Shown here in pieces: positions 38,180 to 51,900 of a stretch of 64,000 bases of DNA. The notes beneath the pieces were generated by a model. The model saw only the letters and a list, made by a program, of their open reading frames with translations, ran no database searches and was not told where the DNA came from. The stretch covers positions 27,573,673-27,637,672 of the forward strand of contig OZ037766.1 of the NCBI GenBank assembly GCA_964035545.1, written 5' to 3'. Source of the DNA: Bugula neritina (Eukaryota > Animalia > Bryozoa). Made by a program: the position numbers and the translations under genes. The number at the start of each line of letters is the position of its first letter. Within the stretch, counting starts at the first letter, position 1.

Positions 38180-38400
38180 TCAGGCTATAAGTAATTAAAA
38201 GGCATAAACATCTGAGTTAAGATCAAATGCTGATATGCACATTTTTCAACCAAACACGGACACTCTCTAAAAGGTTAAATTTAAATAGCATAGCTTGTAC
38301 ACATTAATCTTAGATTCGAATATGGCGGCGTTTACATTTCCTTTAGTATTTGATTGGTTCCATTGAGCGTTGTTTCTATAGAAACACTCGGAAGAAATCT
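38180..38400 (-). promoter_or_regulatory. Probable CEP135 promoter and non-coding first exon, with an RFX X-box
   Basis: Donor GTAAGT on - at 38179-38174; YY1-like AATATGGCGGCG 38319-38330; CCAAT (ATTGG ~38353); perfect palindromic X-box GTTTCTATAGAAAC 38372-38385. Confidence 0.65.
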
Positions 38401-39558
38401 TTCCAAGAAAGTACAACTCCGAATTTATCTTATTTATCAGAATATTGCCATCTGTAACCAAAGATTAGTATAGCAAATTGTCACAATTGGATTGTAAAAT
38501 ATTTGCACAAGAGAAAGTATGTATCTCACTTAATGTGCAGATTTATTAGATTAAAATTAAAGCTAATAGGTCAAATTGTTGTAGTTTTTGCATGCACATA
38601 TAAGTAGTTCATATGAACTCACTATTGTGTTAATCTCATTTATGAAATATTACATATATAATCTAAATTTGACTTTTTTTATTAGAAATTGCATTATCAA
38701 GTCTTATAAGCAGTTACCATTATAAATAACAAAGCATTATTATGATAGTTAGACTACATTTTAGAGTTACCTGCTGATAAATTTATATATGACATACAAC
38801 CTAGGTGCATAGCCGATAGATATTATATGCAATGTTGCGATTCATTATTTTTGCAGCATTCACTATCTGCCAGAGAAGCATATTTAGTACCAGGAGCATT
38901 AATAAAACTACAAAGTATGTCGTAAATCCAAACTATAACTGACTCATTAAACTTTGGTTTGCGATATATTTTTACATTAATAGGTATGAACTTAATAACA
39001 CAGATTATGCATGTGAGGCTTTTTCCAATGCAGATGCATGCAAAACAAATTTCAATGTGTTTATGCACACAATTATTATATTGAGCTTTATCGAATTCAT
39101 GTTTGATTTTATGTTTAGACAAAATTCATCAAAGGGAACGAAGTATTTTTGGGAAGTATGTTCATAGCACATATATTACACATTCAATCAAATATCATTT
39201 TCAATGTTGTATCTAAATAATGGGACAAAAGAACTGTTATTTCACTTTATACTAAGAAAACGTGTGTGAATAAACTTTGAGCACTCTTTATTTATAATGT
39301 ATGTGTATATTTATTACATTACATGTTTTTATTCAATTATAAATAACAATAACACAAAGAGACACCTATAATGTAATGGTCACGAAGGCCTTTTGATGCT
39401 TTTACTATGTACCATGTTATTGCTAAGTCTTACACAATCCAGTTGGCAGCAACAGCGGCTCTTGGCTAAAATATTAGCTGCCGTCAACTAATAAACACAA
39501 CATTTTAACTAGACACTGCCTCTATAAACTATACCATGCTGCCTCTGTAAACTATACC

Positions 39559-39607
39559 ATGCTACCTCTGGAAGATTCTTGGACGTTGATGATAGTTAAC
39601 CGCAGAG
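39559..39607 (+). CDS. Candidate alternative first exon of the DCX gene (MLPLEDSWTLMIVNRR)
   Basis: accATG start and strong donor AG|GTAAGA in phase 1, compatible with the exon at 43044. Confidence 0.35.
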
Positions 39608-41258
39608 GTAAGACATGCATACAGTCGTCTTATTCCGAGTGGCATGAGATATATCTCAGTTTACTGTGTATATTAACAGTAATAGACTAAATTTGTCTTA
39701 CAATTTTCAGCTATAAATTGCTATAGCAATATAACTGTTATATGTTTGATTTTTAGCATACAAAATAATAGAAGTTATAGTTTGTACATGCATTGAATTG
39801 CAGTACGTGCTGAGAAGGTTTCAAATCAGACAAAACCTGCTGTTCATTGCAATAACTATTATATTAATGTAACCAAAATGATAATATAATTATTATATCG
39901 CTATAACCCAAAATAATAATATAACGATTAATATGACTTTAGGGTTTGTTTACTGTTGAAAACAAGCTATTTTCTATATTTTACACATTAACTTTAACTA
40001 CTATAAGATGAGTAAAACTTGCATATAAAACTTGTACCGCTAGCTGTAGATAACAAACAAACTAAAATGGGTGTAAAGATTAGTTTGAAAACAAAGGACG
40101 AAATCAATTACTTCAATGATGACAATATAATTTCATGAAAGAGCCAATAATTACAATTTGTCATAATTCACAGCTATACCATACCATGATAAATATATTA
40201 TAACTGCAAAGGCATTGTTATATCTAAATATTCATCTATAAATTATGTTTCAGTTTCATGCACAGTTACACAATTCATATATATGCTGCAGGTCTAACTG
40301 TCGTATTATTCCTTTCACTTGATTAAAAGGCTGTAACAAGTAAATACATATATAAATAGAAACAAGACTGTTAGATACAATATATAATAATATATGTAAT
40401 ATATAAATTTATTATTTAACTGTTATTTGTACAAATTTTAATATATGCTTGTTAAAGATATTGCAGCTATATACTTAGCAGAAAAGATATGAAGTGTAGG
40501 TATTTCTCAACAGAACAGTATCCAATAGTAACCAACCAAACAAAATGACATGAAGTTGTCAACAGCAGTGTGTAACCAGCATCTGTTCTATTGTTTTACC
40601 ACTTAATATAGTTCAGCTGTAATTTGAGAACCCCACCTGAATGACTTAATAAAATATTCAACTATGAAACTAGGTATTGAAGTGTGTCTATAAAAATATA
40701 ATATACACATCTCAATAGTTTCATAGCTGATTGATTTTCCACATTCCATATATAGTATGTATGAAATGTGCAAAATCGTTCAAAAAATGCAGCCGATCTA
40801 CAAAAGTTATCCTAAAATAATATGCTTTTTGCACCAAAAGCTATACAAGACTAAGAGTTTTCTCCTTCTCAAAAACTTTTTTATTAGTATAGACGCCCAT
40901 AAAATTGTGGCTATAAAAAGGCAAACACAGCTTTCTAATCATAATGTACATAGTTCAAAATACAAAATCATTATGTGGGGATGCTTTTGCTCATGAGCTT
41001 TTATAAAATCTATAACAATGGAAGTCTATAGGGTACTTTATCTTGCATTGCAAACACTCCATTAGTTTACAGTTTAAATATTTAATATACTTGTAGCATA
41101 ACATTTGGAAACTGTTGAAATCTATACACTCAACTTGTTGATAAAATAATATTAACAATATTTACTGGTCTGCTGATAACATTAAATGTCAATTATTCTG
41201 AACAATTCTGTTAGCAATTGTTAGTTGAACTGGTAGCTCATGTTCTGAGTTCACAAAG

Positions 41259-41454
41259 ATGGCTTACTTAGACATTAATAAGAGCACCATTCATCAACTT
41301 AGCCGGCTGTCGCTGCCGAACTTGCGAGAACCACGGCTTTCCTTTGCCACAGCTGCTCTCCAAGAAAAGGATAGCTATATAGAGCCTCAGCACCCGCACT
41401 GTGAGCATATAACTTCAGGACCACAGTCTTATGTGTTGACAACATTGCGTACTG
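41259..41454 (+). CDS. Candidate alternative first exon of the DCX gene (MAYLDINKSTIHQLSRLSLPNLREPRLSF...)
   Basis: aagATGG start, coding-like GC-richer 65 codons, weak phase-1 donor G|GTTATA compatible with the exon at 43044. Confidence 0.45.
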
Positions 41455-42317
41455 GTTATATCGTGCTATATATACTATTAGCTTTATAGTAATTTGAAAG
41501 TATGAGTAAGATAATTGTATTTATTATTAAGTTATATTAGAAATAGTTAGATTGAAATATACAACTCAGAGTATCCAATACAGGATTATGTAATAATGAT
41601 GTTTGAACATTTAAGTGTGATGTGTGTATATATGCTAATCCATACATTATATTATAGACATTGAATTTTAAGCAACTCCTTCAATAATGTAGTTTTAACA
41701 CATCACATTAAAGTGTCATGGTTAAACAACTCTAAACTAAACAAACACAAGTTAATTTATGCTGCAAATGAGTTTTTATATCTAGCACAAAGATGAAGTG
41801 TAATGAGTGCGATTGAGATCTCATCATTATAATTTTAAAAAATTCCTCAACTCATTCCTGATAATAGCAAGTTGGCAATTACAATTGTTGCATTAAAAGT
41901 TACACTGAGCCTCATTGTTGAATGCAAAACAAAGTATAGAGCTAAGCATATAACGAGAGTTTTTGCTCATACGATTTTTATTGTTTTTCACTGTGGGGTA
42001 GCTGTTGACAAGTGTTACTATTAACACCTACTGTTTTGTGTCTAACACAATACGCTATACAATTCACAACACTAGTCCACTTAGTTGCTAAGTCAGCTGC
42101 ATGAGGGGAACTAAAGGTTACAGAAGTTGAATTATATTGATCAGTTCTGTAATTCTAAAGAATGTTAAAGATCTACGTTAAGCTATTCTAAAGTAGTATA
42201 AAGGTTGAGAGAAGGTATTGCATGCAGTCTAATAACTCTGTCGTGCGAGTCAGTTGAAATTAGCTCAGGAATATAAAATATATTAAATAACCAATCAAAT
42301 AAACTGAGACTGCAGTC

Positions 42318-42876
42318 ATGGATCTTAGCTTCCTTCATCATCATCTCTCTCAATCAAATTGTAAGCTTTCTTCATTTAAAATTTACATTGTGTTTCATAT
42401 ACTGTCTATGGTGTTAAATTGTTTTATAATATGGTGTTATCCTTAGTTTATTTATAAAATATGTGCCTACACATGTTAATGTTATTTAATTTACTTTATA
42501 GATGAGACTCATGGAAATTTCAAGTGTAATTAGAAATTGGCTGTTTGATAAACATTTACACATTATTTAGATGTAAGGTTACTGATAGCACTAATGAAAA
42601 GTTTGAATATACTTCAAATCATATTAGAAAAGTGAATATAACTGTGCAAAGATTTTATATGAACTAAAGGAAATTTCAAAACATGTTTTATCAAGTGATA
42701 ATGTACATGTGCACTATATGGAACATACAACGATCTCTATAAATAAACTACAAATTTTGCAAAAGGAAAATTCCCAAATAACAGTAAATGTAATGTTTGC
42801 AAATTTCTTATGTTATGATGAGCATGGCTACAATTTTTCAGAATGTAAATATAAGAAATAGCTACACAGCTAGATA

Positions 42877-42942
<66 letters not shown>

Positions 42943-45900
42943 AATATATTCTAATGGTTTTAATTAGAATTTACTATATGTAGCGTTAAATAAAATATCC
43001 ATTAGTCATTGTTCTAATCCATCACCAATATATAATCTTGTAGCGGAGTTAAAACTAGTAGAATCAAGAGACAATGTAAAGCCCCAGTATGTAGGAGCAA
43101 ATCTGCAAACATCCAGAACTCCAAGTGCTATAGATCACCACTGTCGAAGGAGCTACCAAAGTGCTAAACGTAAACTTCACTCATCCCGTGCCAAAGTTAG
43201 TATTTAACTAAGTAGTGTTGAATTAGTCTAAAGTTAAGAGAGTACCTATTAAAATTATAAAGCAGTTTACGGTTTAAAAAAAATAGTAGCATTCATTTTT
43301 ACTGAATTATACTATAAGTTTCACATATTTGTTCATGAGCATCCAAGATAGCATCGCAGCGTAGCCAGTACGATACTGAATACTGTTACAATGTAAGAAT
43401 CTAGTAAAAAATGCCTAGTGATAAAATAGTTGCCTTTTAACATGAGCTAACTTCTGTGAAATAAAACCAATACATGCTTAAAAATACAGGCAGGTAAAGA
43501 TTTTGTTGATTGCTATTTGACAAACTCAATTAAATAGTTAGGAACTGCATATTAGGTTATGTAATAAAATATTAGTGATAACTGCAATAGTAGTCTAATA
43601 TATAGCTAATCAGCTGAAAACAACATACGTATAATTCGAATGAAGTCTAGACCAACCACCGTATGTTAAAAAAACTCCTGCAAGTTTATAGTTGCTATCC
43701 CTGTGAGAAACCTCTGGTGAAAAGGTTTTTTGTTAAAGCCAGCTAAAGACTTATTTAAATGAGGCACAGGAGTAATTATGACTGGATGCTCTTCCTAACA
43801 TCACCAATGGCCTTTGTCCGGGCTCCGAACCCATGACCTTCGTGTTTACTAGGCAAATGCTCTAACCCCTAGACCACAGCTGCTCCCTGAAAGTTAATTC
43901 GTTTTTAACTCTGCATAATATTTACTTTGAATTAATATTTAGAATAAGCAAATGCATACAATTCTATAAGGTGCACTTAAACTTTTTTTAAATATTTGAA
44001 GCAAAAATAGTGGTTACTAAAATCATTGTCTTCTGTAACTATAGTTTAACAGTTGAATCTTAAACTACAAGCAATATGGTTGATGTTTTTAATTTTTAGA
44101 TTTAACGCTGCTGTAATAAATCTAAAACTGAAAGTACAATTTTCATAGATTAATAAAGTATAGGCTATATAAAATGGTATAATCATTCACTAACTGGAAG
44201 CCTAACAGCAACTCAAAGGTCAGAAAATCTGTAAGGCAGAATCTTTAGTTTGTGACACTCAGTTTTCTTAGAAACTACAATGTCTAAATTACTTTCAACT
44301 GTTCTCTTTCATGTATTCACATGCATGCAGCATATTATATTTAAACACCTTACCTAAAGTCAACAACCGAGTAAATTACTCTATTCATGATACTCAATGC
44401 TCTATTCATTAGGTTTAGGTAATATCTTCAAGTTTGCTGTTGTAGCCAACTGCTTTTGTTATTCAATTATACTTCAATAAGTTTTCTATTATTTTCATTA
44501 GTAATAATTTATAGACATGAAAGGAATTGAGTGTCTATAAACAAAGTGTTGAATGAGTAGACATCATTGCATGACAACCAACAAACTAAAGTTCAGATAC
44601 TTTAGTTGAAATTATAAAGTATGTCTGTAAACTTTCTTAAACTTTAGCACTGCTCATTACATTTAGGCGGACTAAAACATTATTGCATTTGTATATTAGT
44701 AAGAAAATTGTCAACCAATGGAAATAAGTAAACCACACACTATAATGTTTATTTGATACATATAGTTGCATATTATAATATATAGTATTGCAATAATATT
44801 AGACTGTAGAGCAGTAATACGATAGATATCATAAACTACACCAATTAAGCTGTAGCAGAACAAAGTCTTTAAGTATGCCATACAAGCAATTCAAGCTCAT
44901 AGTACAAAATGATACATTTTAATAGCAGCTTTTAAAATTCAAATTATTCTTTAATTTTATTGATTCATTATAAATAGCATTATAAAAATGTCCAAAGAAA
45001 CAAATCTAATTGAAAATCTACTCTAACGCCAAACAGGATCTGATAATCCATTATAGAAACTCCACTCTTACAACCAGGCAGTTTGGGGCTACAATATTAA
45101 TTAGACCTACAAGTTAGTTGACTATAGGAAACTTATAACTATGATGGGTAGCCTGTTCACATAATAAAAAGAGAGCTCGTTGAATAATTTGAATACCTGT
45201 AGGTGTAATATCTATTTGCTTGTTGACTTTAATATTCAGCATTTGCTAAATATAAACTTTTGCTTTTAGGTTATTTATTCATAAACTGTTGCTTATAGGT
45301 TATTTATCTTATATTCGCAAACTGCTGATATATTAAATCGGAGTTGTCATTACAATAAATGCAAGATCTAGTATTGAATCGCCTTATGATTAAAATGCTA
45401 CGAATGAAACATTGAAAACGTCCATCTATAACACATGAGCTCATGTACATGCATGTGTCTATTGCAATAGGTGAGGTTCTACGTAACAGGGGAAGGGGAC
45501 CACAATGCAGTGTATGCTGTCTCTCCACAGCGGTTCTCTTCTTTTGACTCATTGTTGGGGCGTCTCACTAAAGCTCCTATCTGTAACAAAGAAAATGCTA
45601 ATAAGAAGTATGTTTTCTCTCTTGGAGGAAGTCACAAAATCACTTCATTAGAAGAGCTTCAATCAGGTTCGTTGTTGAAGTTAAAGTGTTGATTTGCTAT
45701 GCTAAATATTGGGTAATGCTAGGTAATTGAGTGATTGGGTCATGCTAGGTCAGTGAATGATTGAGTCATGTCAGGTCATTGAGTAGTTAGGTCAAACTAG
45801 GTCGTTTAGTAATTAGGTCATGCTAGGTAGTTATATTATTAGGCCACGGTGAATTACCAAGTCATGATGCTGGGTTTTTATGGGTCATTAAATTATGCTA

Positions 45901-48900
45901 AGTCATTATAGGTTATGATTATAGTAGGTAACTTTTCAATTCTAGATTACTAGGTCATGCCATATTAAGAGGTCATGGTAGGTTATTTTTTAGGTAATTT
46001 AAAATGTTGTATTTAAAATTATGTTGGTAGTTTTGTATAAATATAATATATAAACATGCAGCAATATTACAAGCAATAAAAATTATAAATAAAGCAATGA
46101 CTGTATCAGCTATTCAATGCCAACAGTTGCATAGCGTTTCCTGATTTTTACCAACCATGGTTACCGCAGGTGTCTGGTTTTTATCTCTTATGCCATGACT
46201 AGAATATTTTTAGAGTGCTGAGTAGCTACATAATAGTATTCATTTAGATCTAAAATTGTCAAATATGTATGAATAATTGTGATAAAAACTAGATTTTACA
46301 AAAATGAAAATATTTCCTCTCTATAAAATATTTACAAATAGGTTTACAAATTGTCTCCACTCCATTTTGAGTAAATATTATTTTCTATAAAAGGTGAAAG
46401 CTATGTGTGCGCCACCTATGAAGTGTTTGATCAGCTGACTCAGCAGAAAGATCGACCAATGACCACGCAGAGTAGATTCCGCTCGCTTCAAACAGCAGCT
46501 TTAGGTAAACAGTTAAAACGTCATATAGATTAAGCAACTGTGTCCGAGTTAAATGGTGTATAGAATGTACTTCAACAGTCGATATTTTTTATACATTTTT
46601 ATTATGATGCCATAAGTGTATATTACTAGCCATAATATAATATTATATATGTACACCATGTAAACCATGTACTATATAATGTCATCCTATAATGTATTAT
46701 ATCCTAATGTCATATGTGCATATAATATATATTATAGTAATTAGTATCATGCATAACAAGTGTATTATATGCTATATTACCATGTCATACATGTATAAAA
46801 TATATTATATTATATTATGGTGTAAAGTAAGTGTATTATGTGCTATATTATATGTCGTACTGTATTTAGCTGCAGCTAGACCCACCCACACCTCTCAATC
46901 TACCAGAAGCAGACACAGTATAGCAGTAGATGGAGTACAGATACAGGAAGAGCAGAGTGAAGAGCAACAGTTTATAGTGGAAATTAAACCAAGGTTATTT
47001 ATCATACAGATATACTAGTATATACTAGTATATACTAGTATATACTATACTACATTATACTGATATACAAGATCATACTATATTATACCATATTGTACTA
47101 TATACTATAATATACAGCTATATACTATGATGCAGCTATAGGGCTACTATATCATACTATATACATACTATATTATACTATATGCTATATTGCACTATGT
47201 CAACTTTGGTATTGGTGATCCAACTACATGTTATGGCACACATCATACTATCCATTGTTCGTAGTCCTTAAATTTAGTAAAATGATTTCTAGTGAAGATT
47301 TGTCTTCGCAACATATAAAACATTGATTATTCTAACTGAAATTCATCACTGCAGTTTAGCCTACGAATTAGCTGCTTAGATTAATACATAACCCTTGCAA
47401 CACACATAATTTTTACTTCTCCATTTTATTGGTAATTTTAGCACTGCACAGCTTTATTTTAGTACAACATATATAATTGTAAGAAAAAAATCATAAATTG
47501 AACATACTCAACATAGTCAACATCTTTATATAGCATTATAATATAATATAATATGGCTTGATCAATTGTGTGTCAATGCTTGCTTTTGCTATATATTAGA
47601 TAACAACAATATAGTGTCATTGCAGACTTTTTAATAAACTATTATATAGATGTTATATAAATAAATTATAAGCCTTGGTTCTATCATTTAGGCTAATCAC
47701 TGTACTGAGAGGTGGCCTGAGGCCGAGGAAATCGGTGAGAATATTGCTAAACAGAAAGAACACAAGATCTTTTGAGCAGATTATTGGTGGAATTTCTGAA
47801 ATATTGTGTCCTGGAGAACCAATCAAAAGGCTATTTGGGTGAGGAATTGTAGTGACTCATTCTGCTATCATAATATGTTTATGCAGCACAGAATTTCCAT
47901 TAAATGCTTATGAGATGCTGTTGAAAGAATTGGGCAAACTGACAACAGTGTCGAACAAATATTTATTTTAACAAGTTACACCAACCACATTTTCATTGGG
48001 TCAAAAGGTTTTGAAAATATCTAGATTCAAGTTTGGTTGAAAAAATAAAAATAGTATGTTATAGTCGTTAAAATCTAGCATTACTTCAGATTGTTCTGTT
48101 CTAAGCAGTAGCAATGATAGTTGTGGTTGTCCATTTTTACAGTTGATGCATTTTAATCAGAGAGTATACAAACATATATATCATATCCTGATATCTCTTC
48201 ACTTAGTGCCAACTTATTGCTGAAACATAGAGGTCTTTAGAAAATTTTATTTGCAAGTGTTTTGGGCTCAATAAAAACATTGAAGTGCTTACATTCCTTA
48301 TGACTATTTTAGTTGGGAATTCATCATAACACATTTTCATTTCTATGAGTAATTCAGTGTTGTTGCTTAAACCTTGAATACTATGTTACCAGTTGAATTA
48401 GGCATATACACTGAGAGTAAAATATTATAGTGGCCTATAATTATTTAGTTAATGAAAGCTAATTTTGAGAGGTTTTTATTTTTTAAACTATTTATTTTGA
48501 TGTCTCATAAATAAATACATTATTATATTTAACATACAATATTATAACATTTTGCAATGCGATACAATATGATGTAATATAATGTAATATAACATGATAC
48601 AATATTATACAATATTATGCAACATAATATAATATCGTCTAATATATAATACAATGCAATATAATATAATATAATATACTTAGACTGTTTTTTAATCAGT
48701 TTGTCTGGAAGACTGGCCATGTGCATAGCTGACTTCTACCTTGAAGACACAGTATTCTTTGCTTATTGTAAGGATAAGATGCACCCAGAGGACCTGACAT
48801 TGGACAAATCGGGTATAGTATATGCAGTTCATAGTATATAGTATAGTATATGTACTATGTAGTTCATATAGTATAGTATATGTAGCTCATAGTATAGTAT

Positions 48901-51900
48901 TGTATATGTAGTTTATAGTATAGTGTAGTATAGTATATGTATTATGTAATACACAACACATATAAGTTGAAAAGATTCAAGCAAAAGGGTGGGCTCTATT
49001 TCTAGTATGAAATAGCTTTATGTACTCTAACTGAAAGCTAGTAAGCTGAATAGACCAATGAGCAACAGACATATTTCAGCATATCTACAAGTATTACTGA
49101 AGCAACACATTTGTTATAATTAGGTGGTCAGTGTGTAAAATTAGGCATAGTGCAATCTATCAGGTGCCGTGCAAGTTCAGTATTCCAGGTTATTATGAGT
49201 AAATTCAATGGTATATATTCTATATAACAATTACATGACTACGTTTGATAAATTTAAACTTTAAACTAAGGTTTTTATACCTCAGCCAGCAACATAGAGA
49301 ATTTATGATTGCATGTAGTTTTAATATTTGGATCAGAGACTTATGGGCAATGAAATAATTGACTTTGCTAAAAGTAGCACCGGGCAGGAGTGACTGAGTA
49401 CAGATTTGTATAGCCAACGTTGTCCTGACTCCAAAACTCTAATCACTGCACTCAATCACCCCCAACTCAGTGCTGCTTCTGGTGATATTTGAAGTAACTG
49501 CTCTTTTATCTGTTGACTCAGTGCGTGTTAAAGCAACACATGATAGCCCAGCACCATGCCTGCCTGCTTGATTTTAGCATTTATCGTTTAATCATCCTGT
49601 TTTAATTTGAGGAGCAGCCGTGGTTTAGGGGTTAGTGTAGGGCCACACGACGCGTTTTACAATGAGCGTGACGTGCGAGCAATCCCGTTTAACCCAAAAA
49701 TTGGATATTGCGTGCGTCTAACATGCTGAGCGAGAAGTGCGACACGCTTGTGCGACACAGTTTGATCTAATTGGCTCATTACCATGTAATATTTAGCGAG
49801 CACATTTTTTTTATTTTAATTTACGGCTTAACTTCTAGCGAGCTGAATTAAAACAGTTTTACATAGTTTGCATTTCCGCTTTTATAATATCCAAATCCGA
49901 TGACGTAGTTTAAAAACAAACGTCTGTAGGCGAGCAGTAAAGTTTAACGCTAACATCATTGGCTAATAATTTTTTGCACTCGCAACACATGCACTGTGTG
50001 TGGCAGGTCACTAGCATGTATTATAATGGGATTTCTCGCACGTCACGTACGTCACGCTCGCGTAAAACGTGTCGTGTGGCCCTACACTTAGAGTGTTTGC
50101 TTTGTGAACACGGAGTCATGGGTTCGAACTTTGACAAAGGCCATTGGTGATGTTAGAAAGAGCATCCAGCCATAATTGCTCCTTTGCCTCATCTGAACAA
50201 GTTCTTAGCCTGTTCTAACAAAAACCCTTTCTATCAGGGGCTTCTCACAGATATAGCGACTATAAAATGGCGTGAGTTTATCGTGTTTTAATTTATACAG
50301 AAAAAGGTCCTATAAGCACTAACATGTGAATACATGAATAATCTGATGGAAGCCGGTGAAACTTTACACTATAAGTTATGCTGTTTTAGAAGTAAAATAT
50401 GTTGGAGCTTATCGATTCAGACATGCTTCTGCTTATGGGCGCGTTACTCTGACATCTCATCAAAAAGGCATTAGAGATGAAGAACCTAAGTCTATGTTAG
50501 ACTCAGCTCACCGGGGAGTGTCTAGAGGAGGAAGTGAGGTAACGAAAATATTTAGACATGTATTAGTGTATTAATCTGAGGCTAGTTTGTGTTGCATACA
50601 ATATTAATTGAAATAGTGTGTACTAGTATTTTAAAACTGGAGCTAAACATGTTATTCTAATCAACCGATTCTTTAGGATCATGTGCCTATCGCTGTTTTT
50701 TAATAGCCCACACATATTAACATTAAAATTAATGCATAGGCTACTGCTTGTGTCTAAAGACATGCTTTCTTTATTAGTTTCTAGGGAATAATTATCTTTT
50801 AAGTCAATTTAACCTCTTCAACATGTTGAGCAAACTCTGCAGCACAAAATTCGTACTTATAACTAAATATTTGGATATGAATGTGCAGTGCTATACAGTA
50901 CTATACTATATAATATACTGGAGTTGCAACTACTACCACGGAGATTTTTTTGATTAAACAATTAGGCAAAAATAAAGCCATACATTTTGCCATTGTTCAA
51001 TTAAACTGTTATAAAAACATACAAATTGCAAACAATTTCCTAATTCACATTTAAGCGAATATTACACTTTACATTTATGAAAAACTTACACATTCATTAG
51101 AATTGGCTTGTGTAAAAAAACTGCTTATTTTTTACTGTACCTTTAACCCAAATATGCTAATTTTTAGTTAGTAGCACAATTTTAATTAGAATGCTGTAAA
51201 AATAATATATTATCATGATTATGTTACTTTTAGACACAACAGTTGAAATTGACGTATACAAACATTAGTTTCAATTGCCAATGTTGTGAGCTTGTGAAAA
51301 TATATTTTACAAATGAATTTATTTATTATGCATTGTCATCGTACTTTGTATTAATATTTTTATATTGTTTTACTTATTATTCCTACAACAGGGAAGGTAA
51401 TTTGAGTGTGTGTTTAGTGTTCTACACAGAAATCAACTGCACATATCTCAAAGGTTTGGTTGATCCAATACCCTTGTGCTCACCTTTCTTCTCTCCCACC
51501 TACATTTATATAGTTCCCAAATATTGTAGTCTAATTAGAAATGCTAACACAATATGCTGCGCACCATTTAAAGCAAAAAGTATGCTATAATTAGCAGCAC
51601 ACCCCAGCACCTATGTACGTCTGTACAACCTTTTTTGTTAGCCAAATACCTTTTTATTCTTAAAGAATCAGTTGTGAAATTACGTGTTGTTGTTTTAGAC
51701 TAGAAGATCTAGCCGTGCCAAAAGCTGCTACTCCTCATTTGCCTTCTCTGTCAGTAAAGGATGGAACTCTACAGATGAAATTACTTCCAACAGAAGAAAA
51801 ACAACGTCTGCAGGAAAGCCAACACCAGATAGAAGAGAGCCCACACCACCAAGAGAAGATCCACCTACCCCAACAAGAGAGCCCACACCACCAAGAGAAG

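Noticed and set aside
38322-38366. + strand gene starting at ATGGCGGCG
   Set aside because: The frame closes after 14 codons with no donor; better read as a YY1-like promoter motif.
43820-43887. Functional tRNA-Thr gene
   Set aside because: Acceptor and anticodon stems do not pair properly and the sequence continues into a body shared by dispersed copies, so it is treated as a SINE head.
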